From NCBI GenBank assembly GCA_965216755.1, contig CBDCGL010000011.1:3712001-3776000 (forward strand): a stretch of DNA of 64,000 bases, in the 5' to 3' direction. Under the pieces are notes generated by a model. That model searched no databases and had not been told where the DNA came from. It saw nothing but the letters and a program-made list of their open reading frames with translations. Source of the DNA: Alphaproteobacteria bacterium. GTDB taxonomy: Bacteria > Pseudomonadota > Alphaproteobacteria > UBA7887. Positions 8,479 through 16,450 of the stretch are shown piece by piece; the stretch's first letter is position 1; every line of letters begins with the position of its first letter. Made by a program: the position numbers and the translations under genes.

Positions 8479-9728
8479 CACGGATACGGATTTGAATAAT
8501 CGTAGTCTGGATCGAGCCCGGCATAGACGCCCAGGGGCGCGCCGACGGTTTGGCCGTTCGGCAATTCCGTCGGCATGTGGGGCAAGCGAATGCCACCTTT
8601 GACGTTGCCATCGGCATCCGTGGCATAGGCCATGCTGCCGTCGGGATCGATCGCACCTTCAAGGTATTTGGGCGCCGGTGGCAACTTGTCCGATTTGATC
8701 CATTCCGCCAGATTGTGCAACTTTGCCTTAAAAACGGGCCGAAAACCGACCGGATTTTGGCGCCTTGCACCCATTTGTCGCAAGCTGGCGATTTCGGGCG
8801 AAATGTGGGCGACGCCGGCCATCTCATATTGCCTGAAATTGGGCGAATCGTGGCGGGTCAGGTGGCTCTGGAATCCCGCCACGTCTGATTCGGTCAAAAG
8901 TGAAATAAATTTGCCATCACTCGGCAGCGGATCATCGCAGAGCTCGAGTGCCGAAAACCTTGGAATGGTGGGGCCGGGCGGTGGACGCGGCGTGCTGTCG
9001 TTATTGAGCACCAAACAGCCGACATGGACGCCGGCAAAAATGCCATCATAGATGGCCTCATCGTTCGCTTCGCGATTGTCGCCGCGGCGCATGAACTCAA
9101 GCAACAGCGAGCCGGTTTGTGACTGACCGAAAGCGATCGTCCATGCCACCGGCTCTGGCGCAAACGACAAATCGCTATGCAACACGCTTGGGTCACGCAA
9201 AAAACGCGCGGCGTCTTTGATGATCTCGTAGCCATCGCGGCCGTCTTCGATCATGCCGTACTCGGCGCCCAACTCTTCGGTCACCATGCGCGACCATTGG
9301 ACAGCTAAATAAACATAGCCTTCGCGCCTGAGATAATCGCTGAAAATTATGTCGCCGACATAATAGATCTTTCTCCCGCCGAAGGGCGCCGTTTGTTCCG
9401 TATATGCGTGGAAGTCTGCGGAATTGACGACATCGACAAATCCGAAGCCGTTGGGGTCGCGATCCGGATACATCAGTGTGATCGGCACGCGATAGCGACC
9501 GGTTGTGCCGTCGGCGCGTGTGACCGTTCCCTCCATGTCACCCGTGGCCCAGACATATTCGCGGCCGCCGAACGTCCCCATGGTGCCCGATGACTCCACG
9601 ACCACGCGCGTGACCGCAGATTGTGCGTGTAGTGACCACACCAAAATGACCGTCGCGCATGCGATTGACAGGGCGTTCACAAAGCCGTTGGTCCTCTGCC
9701 GGTGTGTCACGATGCGAAGCCTTTTCAA
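8307..9728 (-). CDS. Secreted alpha/beta hydrolase domain protein (Abhydrolase_10-like), paralog 1
   Basis: Signal peptide, nucleophile-like GQSQTG, YEMAGVAH, DADGNVKGGIRLP, PFSPEELARRYPGREDY..FILEED. TTG start overlaps the paralog 2 stop. Confidence 0.75.
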   Translation of the reverse strand: MKRLRIVTHRQRTNGFVNALSIACATVILVWSLHAQSAVTRVVVESSGTMGTFGGREYVWATGDMEGTVTRADGTTGRYRVPITLMYPDRDPNGFGFVDVVNSADFHAYTEQTAPFGGRKIYYVGDIIFSDYLRREGYVYLAVQWSRMVTEELGAEYGMIEDGRDGYEIIKDAARFLRDPSVLHSDLSFAPEPVAWTIAFGQSQTGSLLLEFMRRGDNREANDEAIYDGIFAGVHVGCLVLNNDSTPRPPPGPTIPRFSALELCDDPLPSDGKFISLLTESDVAGFQSHLTRHDSPNFRQYEMAGVAHISPEIASLRQMGARRQNPVGFRPVFKAKLHNLAEWIKSDKLPPAPKYLEGAIDPDGSMAYATDADGNVKGGIRLPHMPTELPNGQTVGAPLGVYAGLDPDYDYSNPYPWIGGTFEPFSPEELARRYPGREDYVRRVEGAAAALLADRFILEEDYQAYVAAAQRGW

Positions 9729-11155
9729 TTGTCCGGCCCTACCAGCACGCGCTGCGCGGCGGCGACGTAGGCCTGGTAGTCTTCTTCCAAGATGAATCGA
9801 TCGGCGAGCAGGGCCGCGGCGGCACCTTCCACGCGCCGGACATAGTCTTCGCGGCCGGGGTAGCGCCGCGCCAGATCTTCCGGCGAGAAGGGTTCGAACG
9901 TGCCGCCGATCAACGCGTAGACATTTTGATGCCCCAGGAAATCCCAGTCTATGCCCGCATAGACGCCAAGGGGTGCGCCAACGTTCTCGCCGCTCGGTAA
10001 GACGGTCGGCATGTGCGGCAGACGCACGCCACCAGAGACATTGCCATCGTCGTCCGCTGCAAACGTGAACTGGCCGTCGTTCTCGACCTTCCCATCGATG
10101 CGCCGTGGGTCCGGCGGGGCCATGCCCGTATCAATCCAATCCACGAGGTTGCGCAGCATCGCTTTGCAAACCGGCCTGAAACTGATCGGGTTTTGTCGTT
10201 TCGCGCCGGTTTGCCCTAGGCCAACGAGGTCTGGCGGAATATGCGCGACGCCGGCCAGCTCATATTGGCGAAAACTGTCCGGCGTTCGATCGTGGCGAAC
10301 CGCGCGCGCGAGGTGCGCCACTTCTGATTCCGTAAGAATCGAAATGAGTTTGCCATCGGTGGGAAACGGCCCGTCGCACAGGGCCATTTCGTGGAATGTC
10401 GGGTTTTCGGGCCCGGGTCCGACCCGAGGCGTCGCATTGTTGTTGAGCACCAGGCAGCCTTCCTGACCGACAACCAAGATGCCATCGAAGACAAGCGACC
10501 GATCGGCGCGTCGATTGTGACCTTCGCGCAGAAATTCCATTAGGAACGACGCGGTTTGCGAAAGCCCAAAGCCGACAACATTGCCAACGGCCATGGGCGC
10601 GGTTGGCAAGCCGGTCTCGAATTCATCCAAATTCCGTAGCAGGCTCGCCGCGTCTTGAATGATCGCGTATCCGTCGCGGCCGTCTTCGATCACACCGTAA
10701 TCGGCGCCCAATACCTCGGTCACCATGCGCGACCATTGCACGGCTAAATAAATATATCCTTCGCGCCTGAGATAATCGCTGAACAGGGTGTCGCCGACAT
10801 AGTAGATCTTCCGGCCACCGAAGGGCGCCGTCTCTTCTGTGTGGACCCAGAAATCCGCGGAATTGACCACGTCGACAAATCCGACACGATTGGGGTCACG
10901 ATCCGGATACATCAGTGTGATGGGCACGCGATAGTGCCCCGCGGTGCCGTCGGCGCGGGTGACCGTCCCTTCCATGTCGGCAGTGACCCAGACATATTCG
11001 CGGCCGCCGAACGTCCCCATGGTCCCTGATGAGTCCACGACCACGCGCGTGACCGCGGCTTGGGACGATGTTTGCCAAGCCAAGGTCGACAACGCCAGGC
11101 ACAGCACCAGCACCAAAAAACAAGGACCTTTGTGATAGGAGCAAAGCCGATCCAT
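9725..11155 (-). CDS. Secreted alpha/beta hydrolase domain protein (Abhydrolase_10-like), paralog 2
   Basis: Same architecture: GLSQTA, YELAGVAH, DDDGNVSGGVRLP. GGGAGG RBS before ATG 11155. Confidence 0.75.
   Translation of the reverse strand: MDRLCSYHKGPCFLVLVLCLALSTLAWQTSSQAAVTRVVVDSSGTMGTFGGREYVWVTADMEGTVTRADGTAGHYRVPITLMYPDRDPNRVGFVDVVNSADFWVHTEETAPFGGRKIYYVGDTLFSDYLRREGYIYLAVQWSRMVTEVLGADYGVIEDGRDGYAIIQDAASLLRNLDEFETGLPTAPMAVGNVVGFGLSQTASFLMEFLREGHNRRADRSLVFDGILVVGQEGCLVLNNNATPRVGPGPENPTFHEMALCDGPFPTDGKLISILTESEVAHLARAVRHDRTPDSFRQYELAGVAHIPPDLVGLGQTGAKRQNPISFRPVCKAMLRNLVDWIDTGMAPPDPRRIDGKVENDGQFTFAADDDGNVSGGVRLPHMPTVLPSGENVGAPLGVYAGIDWDFLGHQNVYALIGGTFEPFSPEDLARRYPGREDYVRRVEGAAAALLADRFILEEDYQAYVAAAQRVLVGPDN
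9729..9911. repeat. Near-identical direct repeat, copy B (3' end of hydrolase paralog 2)
   Basis: Partner of 8300-8478. Confidence 0.9.
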
Positions 11156-11299
11156 GCGCCCTCCCGCCGCCAATCATATCGCCAGCGAAAATAAAGTTTA
11201 GCGATCGTCGGGTGATTCGTCAGCCCATCAATACGGCCGGCGCTTATCGTCCTGACCGGTGGCGCCAGTCGTCGGCGGTACGACCCAGGGCATCCCGCC

Positions 11300-12514
11300 T
11301 TATGACGCGAGCGGTAGGCAGGCCGGGCCGATTGGTTCGAAATGCTTATAGGTCAGGATGAATTCCTGGTGGCCGAGTGACTCCGAACAGGTTTGCGCGC
11401 CGGCGACCACGTCTTTGATGCGGTCGAAGACCTCTTCGCCGACCTCGTCCAGGGTCGCGGCGCCGTTCAGAATGCGGCCGGCGTCCACATCCATGTCATC
11501 GGCCATGCGCTGATAGGTGTCTGGATTGGCGCACACCTTAATCACCGGCGCGATCGCGGAGCCGACGACGGAACCGCGGCCGGTGGAAAACAAAATCACC
11601 TGGGCGCCGCATGCGATTAGTTCGGCGATTTCCGCGTTGTCGTTGATGTTCGGAAAACCGTAACGGGGTTCGCCGTCGGGGATCACGTCGAGCAGATACA
11701 GGCCGCTGGCCGGCGGCGCGTCGCCGGGTTTGAGCAAACCGCTGATCCGGCCGCGGCCGCTCTTGGCATAGGCGCCAAGGGATTTTTCCTCGATGGTGGT
11801 CAGGCCGCCTTCTTCGTTGCCGGGCGAAAAGCTCGGATATCCCATGGTGCGGTAATAGGCGGCGGTCTTTTCCATGCAGCGCAGTATCTCGCGCGCAAGG
11901 TCCGGGGTTGCCGCGCGCTCCGCCATATACCCTTCGCAACCCAACAGTTCGCCGGTTTCCTCGAATATGCCCGCGCCGCCTGCGGCGATCAGCAGGTCGA
12001 ATGCGCGGCCCATGGCGGGGTTGGCGGTTAGACCACTGGTGGCGTCAGAGCCGCCACAGATCGTCCCGACGACCAAATCGCTGACGGTCGCCGCCACGCG
12101 CGGGGTTTCGGCAAAATCGCGCAGGGTTGCCGCGACCCAGGCCGCGCCTTCGTCGATGGTGCGCCGCGTGCCGCCGCTGTCCTGTATCACGACCGTTTCG
12201 ACCGGGCGGCCGGTGCGCCGCACTGTTTCGGCCAAGCCAAAGCGATTAAAGCCTTCGCAGCCGAGTGAGACCATCAACGCCGCGCCAACATTGGGATGGG
12301 TACACAGTTTCTGCAGCATGCGAAACGCGTATTCGTTGGGATAGCAGCCCGGAAAGCCGATGACGTGTACGTCTTGGTCGGCAAATCGCGCGGCGATCGC
12401 GCGCGCCACGTGATGCGCACATTCGACCAAATAGACGATCGCAACCACGTTTCGAATTCCTTTGCCGCCGTCTTGGCGCTGATAGGCGTCGAAAGTCCAG
12501 ATGCCCTGGGTCAT
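11300..12514 (-). CDS. UxaA-family dehydratase/lyase large subunit (altronate/galactarate dehydratase or SuyB-like)
   Basis: GIRNVV, HPNVGAALMVSLGCE, CGGSDATSGLTANPAMG, SPGNEEGGLTTIEEKSLGA, FSTGRG, DDMDVDAG. Confidence 0.85.
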   Translation of the reverse strand: MTQGIWTFDAYQRQDGGKGIRNVVAIVYLVECAHHVARAIAARFADQDVHVIGFPGCYPNEYAFRMLQKLCTHPNVGAALMVSLGCEGFNRFGLAETVRRTGRPVETVVIQDSGGTRRTIDEGAAWVAATLRDFAETPRVAATVSDLVVGTICGGSDATSGLTANPAMGRAFDLLIAAGGAGIFEETGELLGCEGYMAERAATPDLAREILRCMEKTAAYYRTMGYPSFSPGNEEGGLTTIEEKSLGAYAKSGRGRISGLLKPGDAPPASGLYLLDVIPDGEPRYGFPNINDNAEIAELIACGAQVILFSTGRGSVVGSAIAPVIKVCANPDTYQRMADDMDVDAGRILNGAATLDEVGEEVFDRIKDVVAGAQTCSESLGHQEFILTYKHFEPIGPACLPLAS

Positions 12515-12846
12515 GAACGCGCGTCCTCATGTTCGTGCACGGCACCGTCCAAGTAGTCGCTCTTGAGATTGTGACTGTGCACATGCTCGCCGGCAGCGAT
12601 AGGCTGCGCAGCTGAGCCGATCGGTGCACCGTACTTCAAGATCTTTGCGCCGGTCGCGATGGCATGTAGAGCAATCTTGTGACCCAGCGCGATGTCGGTA
12701 GCCGTGGTGATGGTGTAGGCCCCGACGGTGACAACAGTGCCGGCCGGCAGGGCGCCGGTGGCGACGCCGATATTGTCTTCGCTGGCCAAATGCAAAATCT
12801 GCGCGCCGGTCCCGGCCTGAGGCGCTGTGTTGTTCGAATCGGTCAC
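12511..12846 (-). CDS. UxaA-family small subunit (SAF domain)
   Basis: DNIGVA, IALGHKIAL..IATGAKILKYGAPIG.A...IAAGEHVHSHNL. GTG start with GGAG RBS. ATGA overlap with the large subunit. Confidence 0.85.
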   Translation of the reverse strand: MTDSNNTAPQAGTGAQILHLASEDNIGVATGALPAGTVVTVGAYTITTATDIALGHKIALHAIATGAKILKYGAPIGSAAQPIAAGEHVHSHNLKSDYLDGAVHEHEDARS

Positions 12847-12903
12847 AATTTGCTCCACATGATGAGACGGGGCGACGATAAGCGAAGGCGGCGGCGCTCG
12901 CAA

Positions 12904-13605
12904 TTGACACCGCGCACATGGCTTCTGGTCGTGGCCGCGCTGGCCATGGGGTGCGCCGATAGCCGGCCATCGACGCCGCGCGTGCGTCCGCCGGAACCTG
13001 GTTTTTGCGTCTTGTCGGACGACGAGATTTTGCGCCATCTGCTGCGCATTGACGTGCCAAGTTATACCTCGGCGAGCGCGGCGGCGACGATGGTGGGCGG
13101 CACGGCCTATGTGTTGACCAATCGGCACAACCTGCCCGCGACACCGGATTTGGCGCAGATCACGGTCAAGACAGCCGCGCTGCGCCTCTTGCCTGTGCGG
13201 CGCATTGTGGCGGCCGGGGTCGATTATGGTCAGGTCGACGGTTTGGGCCCGGCAACCGATTTCGCCGTATTGGAAGTCACCGACATTGCCGCGTTGGCGC
13301 CGTTGTCCTTATTGCCTGATGGCGGCTACCAGGGCCCGGTCGTCGTGCCCCACTACGGTGATCGTCGCTATACGGTATCGCGCGGTCGCCAATGGCGCGG
13401 CGCCGGCGATTTTGATCGGCTTGATTTGGCTTTGCCGTTTGGCGCGTCGGGGGCGCCGGTGATTACCTGCGACGGCCAAATCGCCGGGCTCTACACGGCG
13501 CGCGTCATCGCGGAAGATTGGCAACGCGCCGGATTTCAGGGTGTGTCGACACCAGCCGCGTTCGTCCGCGCGGCCCTAAGCACCGCTAACCGAGAAAACG
13601 ATTGA
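12904..13605 (+). CDS. Trypsin-like serine protease, probable lipoprotein
   Basis: Lipobox-like LAMGC and catalytic triad motifs LTNRH, TDFAVL, GASGAP. Start uncertain (TTG 12904 or ATG 12859). Confidence 0.65.
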   Translation: MTPRTWLLVVAALAMGCADSRPSTPRVRPPEPGFCVLSDDEILRHLLRIDVPSYTSASAAATMVGGTAYVLTNRHNLPATPDLAQITVKTAALRLLPVRRIVAAGVDYGQVDGLGPATDFAVLEVTDIAALAPLSLLPDGGYQGPVVVPHYGDRRYTVSRGRQWRGAGDFDRLDLALPFGASGAPVITCDGQIAGLYTARVIAEDWQRAGFQGVSTPAAFVRAALSTANREND

Positions 13606-14338
13606 TCGGATGCTGGAACGTGTCCTGATGGTGCAAAATCGCGTCAAGCACACCGGTGCCGGTGAATCGCCGAGAATCATATTGGCATAGCGCGACCACC
13701 GGATAGCGGCGGCCGAGGCGCCGTTCATAGCGCGCTTCGAACGCCATCAGATCCGCTTCCGCGATTCCCAAATCCGGCGCCCAGGCCATATCGCCCAAAA
13801 CGCGCAGCAGCGACGCGCCGCCTGTGAAGATCTCGTGAAACCGGCGTTCCAGGAATTCGTATAACGCGTCGAGATCATCGGTGCCGCTTTCGACCATCAA
13901 AAGGCGATCGGCCAGGTCGGTCTCAAGCTCCGGGCGCGTTGCTCGGCAGGAGTCAAGTATGCTCTGTTGTGCCGGTTCGTTGGCGATCAGCAAGCAATGC
14001 TGGCGCGCGGCCAGCCCGCCAACCAGAAATGGCACCGAGAGTTTGAGACGACCGAAATCGCTTCTGTAGACCGAGCCCAAATGGCTACCCGGGGTGAGCT
14101 GCAACCCCTCCAGGTCGACCATCAGCGTGCGCATGTTCGCATGGTGTTGGCCATTAACCGCGCCGCCACCCTCTTGGGTCATGAAGGCAATCAGGTCCTG
14201 CCGCCGAAAACGGCGTTCGCGCTTGGCGCCGACGCGCAAGCAATTCAACGCACCGGCGTTGGTCCAGCGGCGCAACGACACTTCGCTGACTTTCAAAAAG
14301 GCCGCAGCCTGTTTGATGTTGAGCAGTTCGTCTTCCAT
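13586..14338 (-). CDS. DcmR-like regulator: excisionase-type HTH plus MEDS sensory domain
   Basis: N-terminal LLNIKQAAAFLKVSEVSLRRWT..G.L...RVG..RERRF. MEDS-like GSHLGSVY, PFLVGGL, LRVLGDM.W, FEARY, LCQYDSRRF. Confidence 0.8.
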   Translation of the reverse strand: MEDELLNIKQAAAFLKVSEVSLRRWTNAGALNCLRVGAKRERRFRRQDLIAFMTQEGGGAVNGQHHANMRTLMVDLEGLQLTPGSHLGSVYRSDFGRLKLSVPFLVGGLAARQHCLLIANEPAQQSILDSCRATRPELETDLADRLLMVESGTDDLDALYEFLERRFHEIFTGGASLLRVLGDMAWAPDLGIAEADLMAFEARYERRLGRRYPVVALCQYDSRRFTGTGVLDAILHHQDTFQHPINRFLG

Positions 14339-14389
14339 GTCATGGGCGGTTTAGAACCGCCATTTATTTGTCTTTGATTATCGATATTA

Positions 14390-14565
14390 GTCACAAGCCC
14401 GTGACAGGACAAATCCGAAGCTTGCCCTTGTCGGCATTTGTTTGCCGGCGATGTCTGGCGGACTTGGTCGCGGATCGCGGTCACGGCGCGTCACGACATA
14501 GTGACCCAGGGTGACCGGTCGTTATTTGCCAGACTCCCCTGCCCATGGATCATCATTGATGATCC
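14390..14565. promoter_or_regulatory. Candidate operator palindromes in the divergent regulator/porin intergenic region
   Basis: GTCAC-N6-GTGAC at 14390-14405 and 14490-14505. Perfect GGATCATCA-T-TGATGATCC at 14547-14565. Confidence 0.55.
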
Positions 14566-14626
14566 TGAATCACCTTTGTTGATATTTGTGATCAGAAATG
14601 AATAACAATGATCTATGGGGGACCAA

Positions 14627-16258
14627 ATGGACAGGGACGTTTGTCGGGGGGTCGGATATCGCGGATGGATGCGCGCGTTGATGTGCGGGACGGCAATGGC
14701 GACATGCCTGGCGGCGCTGCCCGCCGCCGCGGAAGAACTTGACGATTTGCGGCGCCAACTCGAGCAAGCGCTGGAGCGCATCGAGACTTTGGAGAGACAG
14801 CAGTCGCAAACCACGGACGATGTGCGCGAAACCCAGGAACGCGTGAATGAAACCCGCAAGCGCGTGCAGGACGTCGAATTGCCGCCACCGCAGCGGGCCG
14901 ATTCAATCGATGACGTGCGGCGCAAGCGGATGATGACCGACAGTCGCATCGACATCGAAGACCGGGTGTTGAGCCAGTTCTTGGACTACGAGCCGGCCGT
15001 GCGTGCGCCTGCGACGCCGGTGAGCCGCGTGACGACCCAACAAAATTATGTCACCGGCGGTGATTTTCCGGGCTCCTACAAATTGCCCGGCACCGACACG
15101 TCCTTGGCCATCTATGGTTTCGTGAAAGGCGACTTCGTCCACAATTTCTCGGCGCGGCGGAACTTCCCCAGCCTTCTGTTCACCTCGACCATTCCGGTTG
15201 ACGGATCGGCGGGCTCAGGGCGCACGGGCGACACCAATTTTCGCGTCAACGCGTCGCAGATCAATATCGAGACCCGGACACCGACAGAGCTTGGCGAGTT
15301 AAAGACCCATTTCCAGTTCGACTTCTTCAACAGCGACCAATCGGCCGGCGGCGGCGAGGAAAACTCGGCCAACGAACTGATTGCCGGCTTGCGCCTGGCC
15401 TATGGCAAAATCGGCAATTTGACCATCGGTCAGGATTGGACCGCGTTCATGAACCTGGCCAGTTATCCGGAGACGGCTGATTTCGAAGGGCCGAATGCGG
15501 AGATTTTCTCGCGTGTGCCTCAGATCAAGTGGTCCGACACCCTGACCAAGGGGTGGAGCTATGAAGTTGGCCTCGACAATCCGTCGGGCAATTTCGAAAC
15601 CAACCTGACCAACGCGGCCGGCGCCACGATTCCCCTGGCAGACATCGAGGACACGACTTTCCCGACCCTGGTTGGCAATGTCCGAACCGAGGGCGATTGG
15701 GGACATTTTCAACTGTCAGGCCAATTGCGTGAAATTGCCTATGACATCGATACCACCGTTGGCACCAACAGCAGTTTCGCGTTCCTCAATCAACGCAGCG
15801 ACAGCGCCGTCGGCTGGGGCTTGGCGGCCTATCTGCAGTTCTTGGATCCGATCGGCCTGCACCCGAACGACAAGCTGACCCTGCTGGGCGCCTATGGCGA
15901 CGGCATCCGCTACATCATCGACACCGGTCTTCTGGCCAAGGGCACCGACGGCGGCATCAATCCGGCCACGGGCGAACTGGAAACGGAAGAGCAGTTTGCC
16001 GCCATGGCCTGGTATCAACATTGGTGGACCAACACAATTCGCTCAACGGTCGTCTATGGCTTGGTCGAAACCGACCCGCTGCCGTTTCAGCCGGCGAATC
16101 ATTTCAAGCGCAGCCAATATCTGGTCGGCAACGTGTTTTGGAGCCCTTGGCCCCGGGTCAACTTGGGCATCGAGGGTCAATATGGCGAATTTAAGCAGAA
16201 CAACGGCCGCAACGGCGAGGCGTACCAAATACAGGCAACCGGTGTGTTTCTCTATTGA
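14627..16258 (+). CDS. DcaP-family trimeric outer-membrane porin
   Basis: Signal peptide, coiled coil (LRRQLEQALERIETLE), GDFPGSYKLPGTDTSLAIYGFVKGD, TRTPTELG, LRLAY, GQDWTAF, RVPQIKW, aromatic C-terminus. Start uncertain. Confidence 0.85.
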   Translation: MDRDVCRGVGYRGWMRALMCGTAMATCLAALPAAAEELDDLRRQLEQALERIETLERQQSQTTDDVRETQERVNETRKRVQDVELPPPQRADSIDDVRRKRMMTDSRIDIEDRVLSQFLDYEPAVRAPATPVSRVTTQQNYVTGGDFPGSYKLPGTDTSLAIYGFVKGDFVHNFSARRNFPSLLFTSTIPVDGSAGSGRTGDTNFRVNASQINIETRTPTELGELKTHFQFDFFNSDQSAGGGEENSANELIAGLRLAYGKIGNLTIGQDWTAFMNLASYPETADFEGPNAEIFSRVPQIKWSDTLTKGWSYEVGLDNPSGNFETNLTNAAGATIPLADIEDTTFPTLVGNVRTEGDWGHFQLSGQLREIAYDIDTTVGTNSSFAFLNQRSDSAVGWGLAAYLQFLDPIGLHPNDKLTLLGAYGDGIRYIIDTGLLAKGTDGGINPATGELETEEQFAAMAWYQHWWTNTIRSTVVYGLVETDPLPFQPANHFKRSQYLVGNVFWSPWPRVNLGIEGQYGEFKQNNGRNGEAYQIQATGVFLY

Positions 16259-16376
16259 CCGGCTGCCGGCCCGACGCCGCAGGCACCTCCCTCGGCGCGT
16301 GGTTGCGGGGGCGTTGCGACCGTCCCCGCGCACTTGAGCGGCGCCTCTCGCCGCCGCTCATGCGACCTCCACCTTT

Positions 16377-16402
16377 GGGCCCCGTACGCGCGGGGCCCTT
16401 TT
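16377..16402 (+). terminator. Intrinsic terminator after the porin gene
   Basis: GGGCCCCG-TACGCG-CGGGGCCC followed by TTTT. Confidence 0.65.
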
Positions 16403-16450
16403 CTCTCGGCCACGATGTTTCGTAAATCCCGGAGTCCGTTGTTGGCGCGG

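Noticed and set aside
13586-14338. Prophage excisionase
   Set aside because: The HTH is fused to a sensory domain, and no integrase or phage genes are present.
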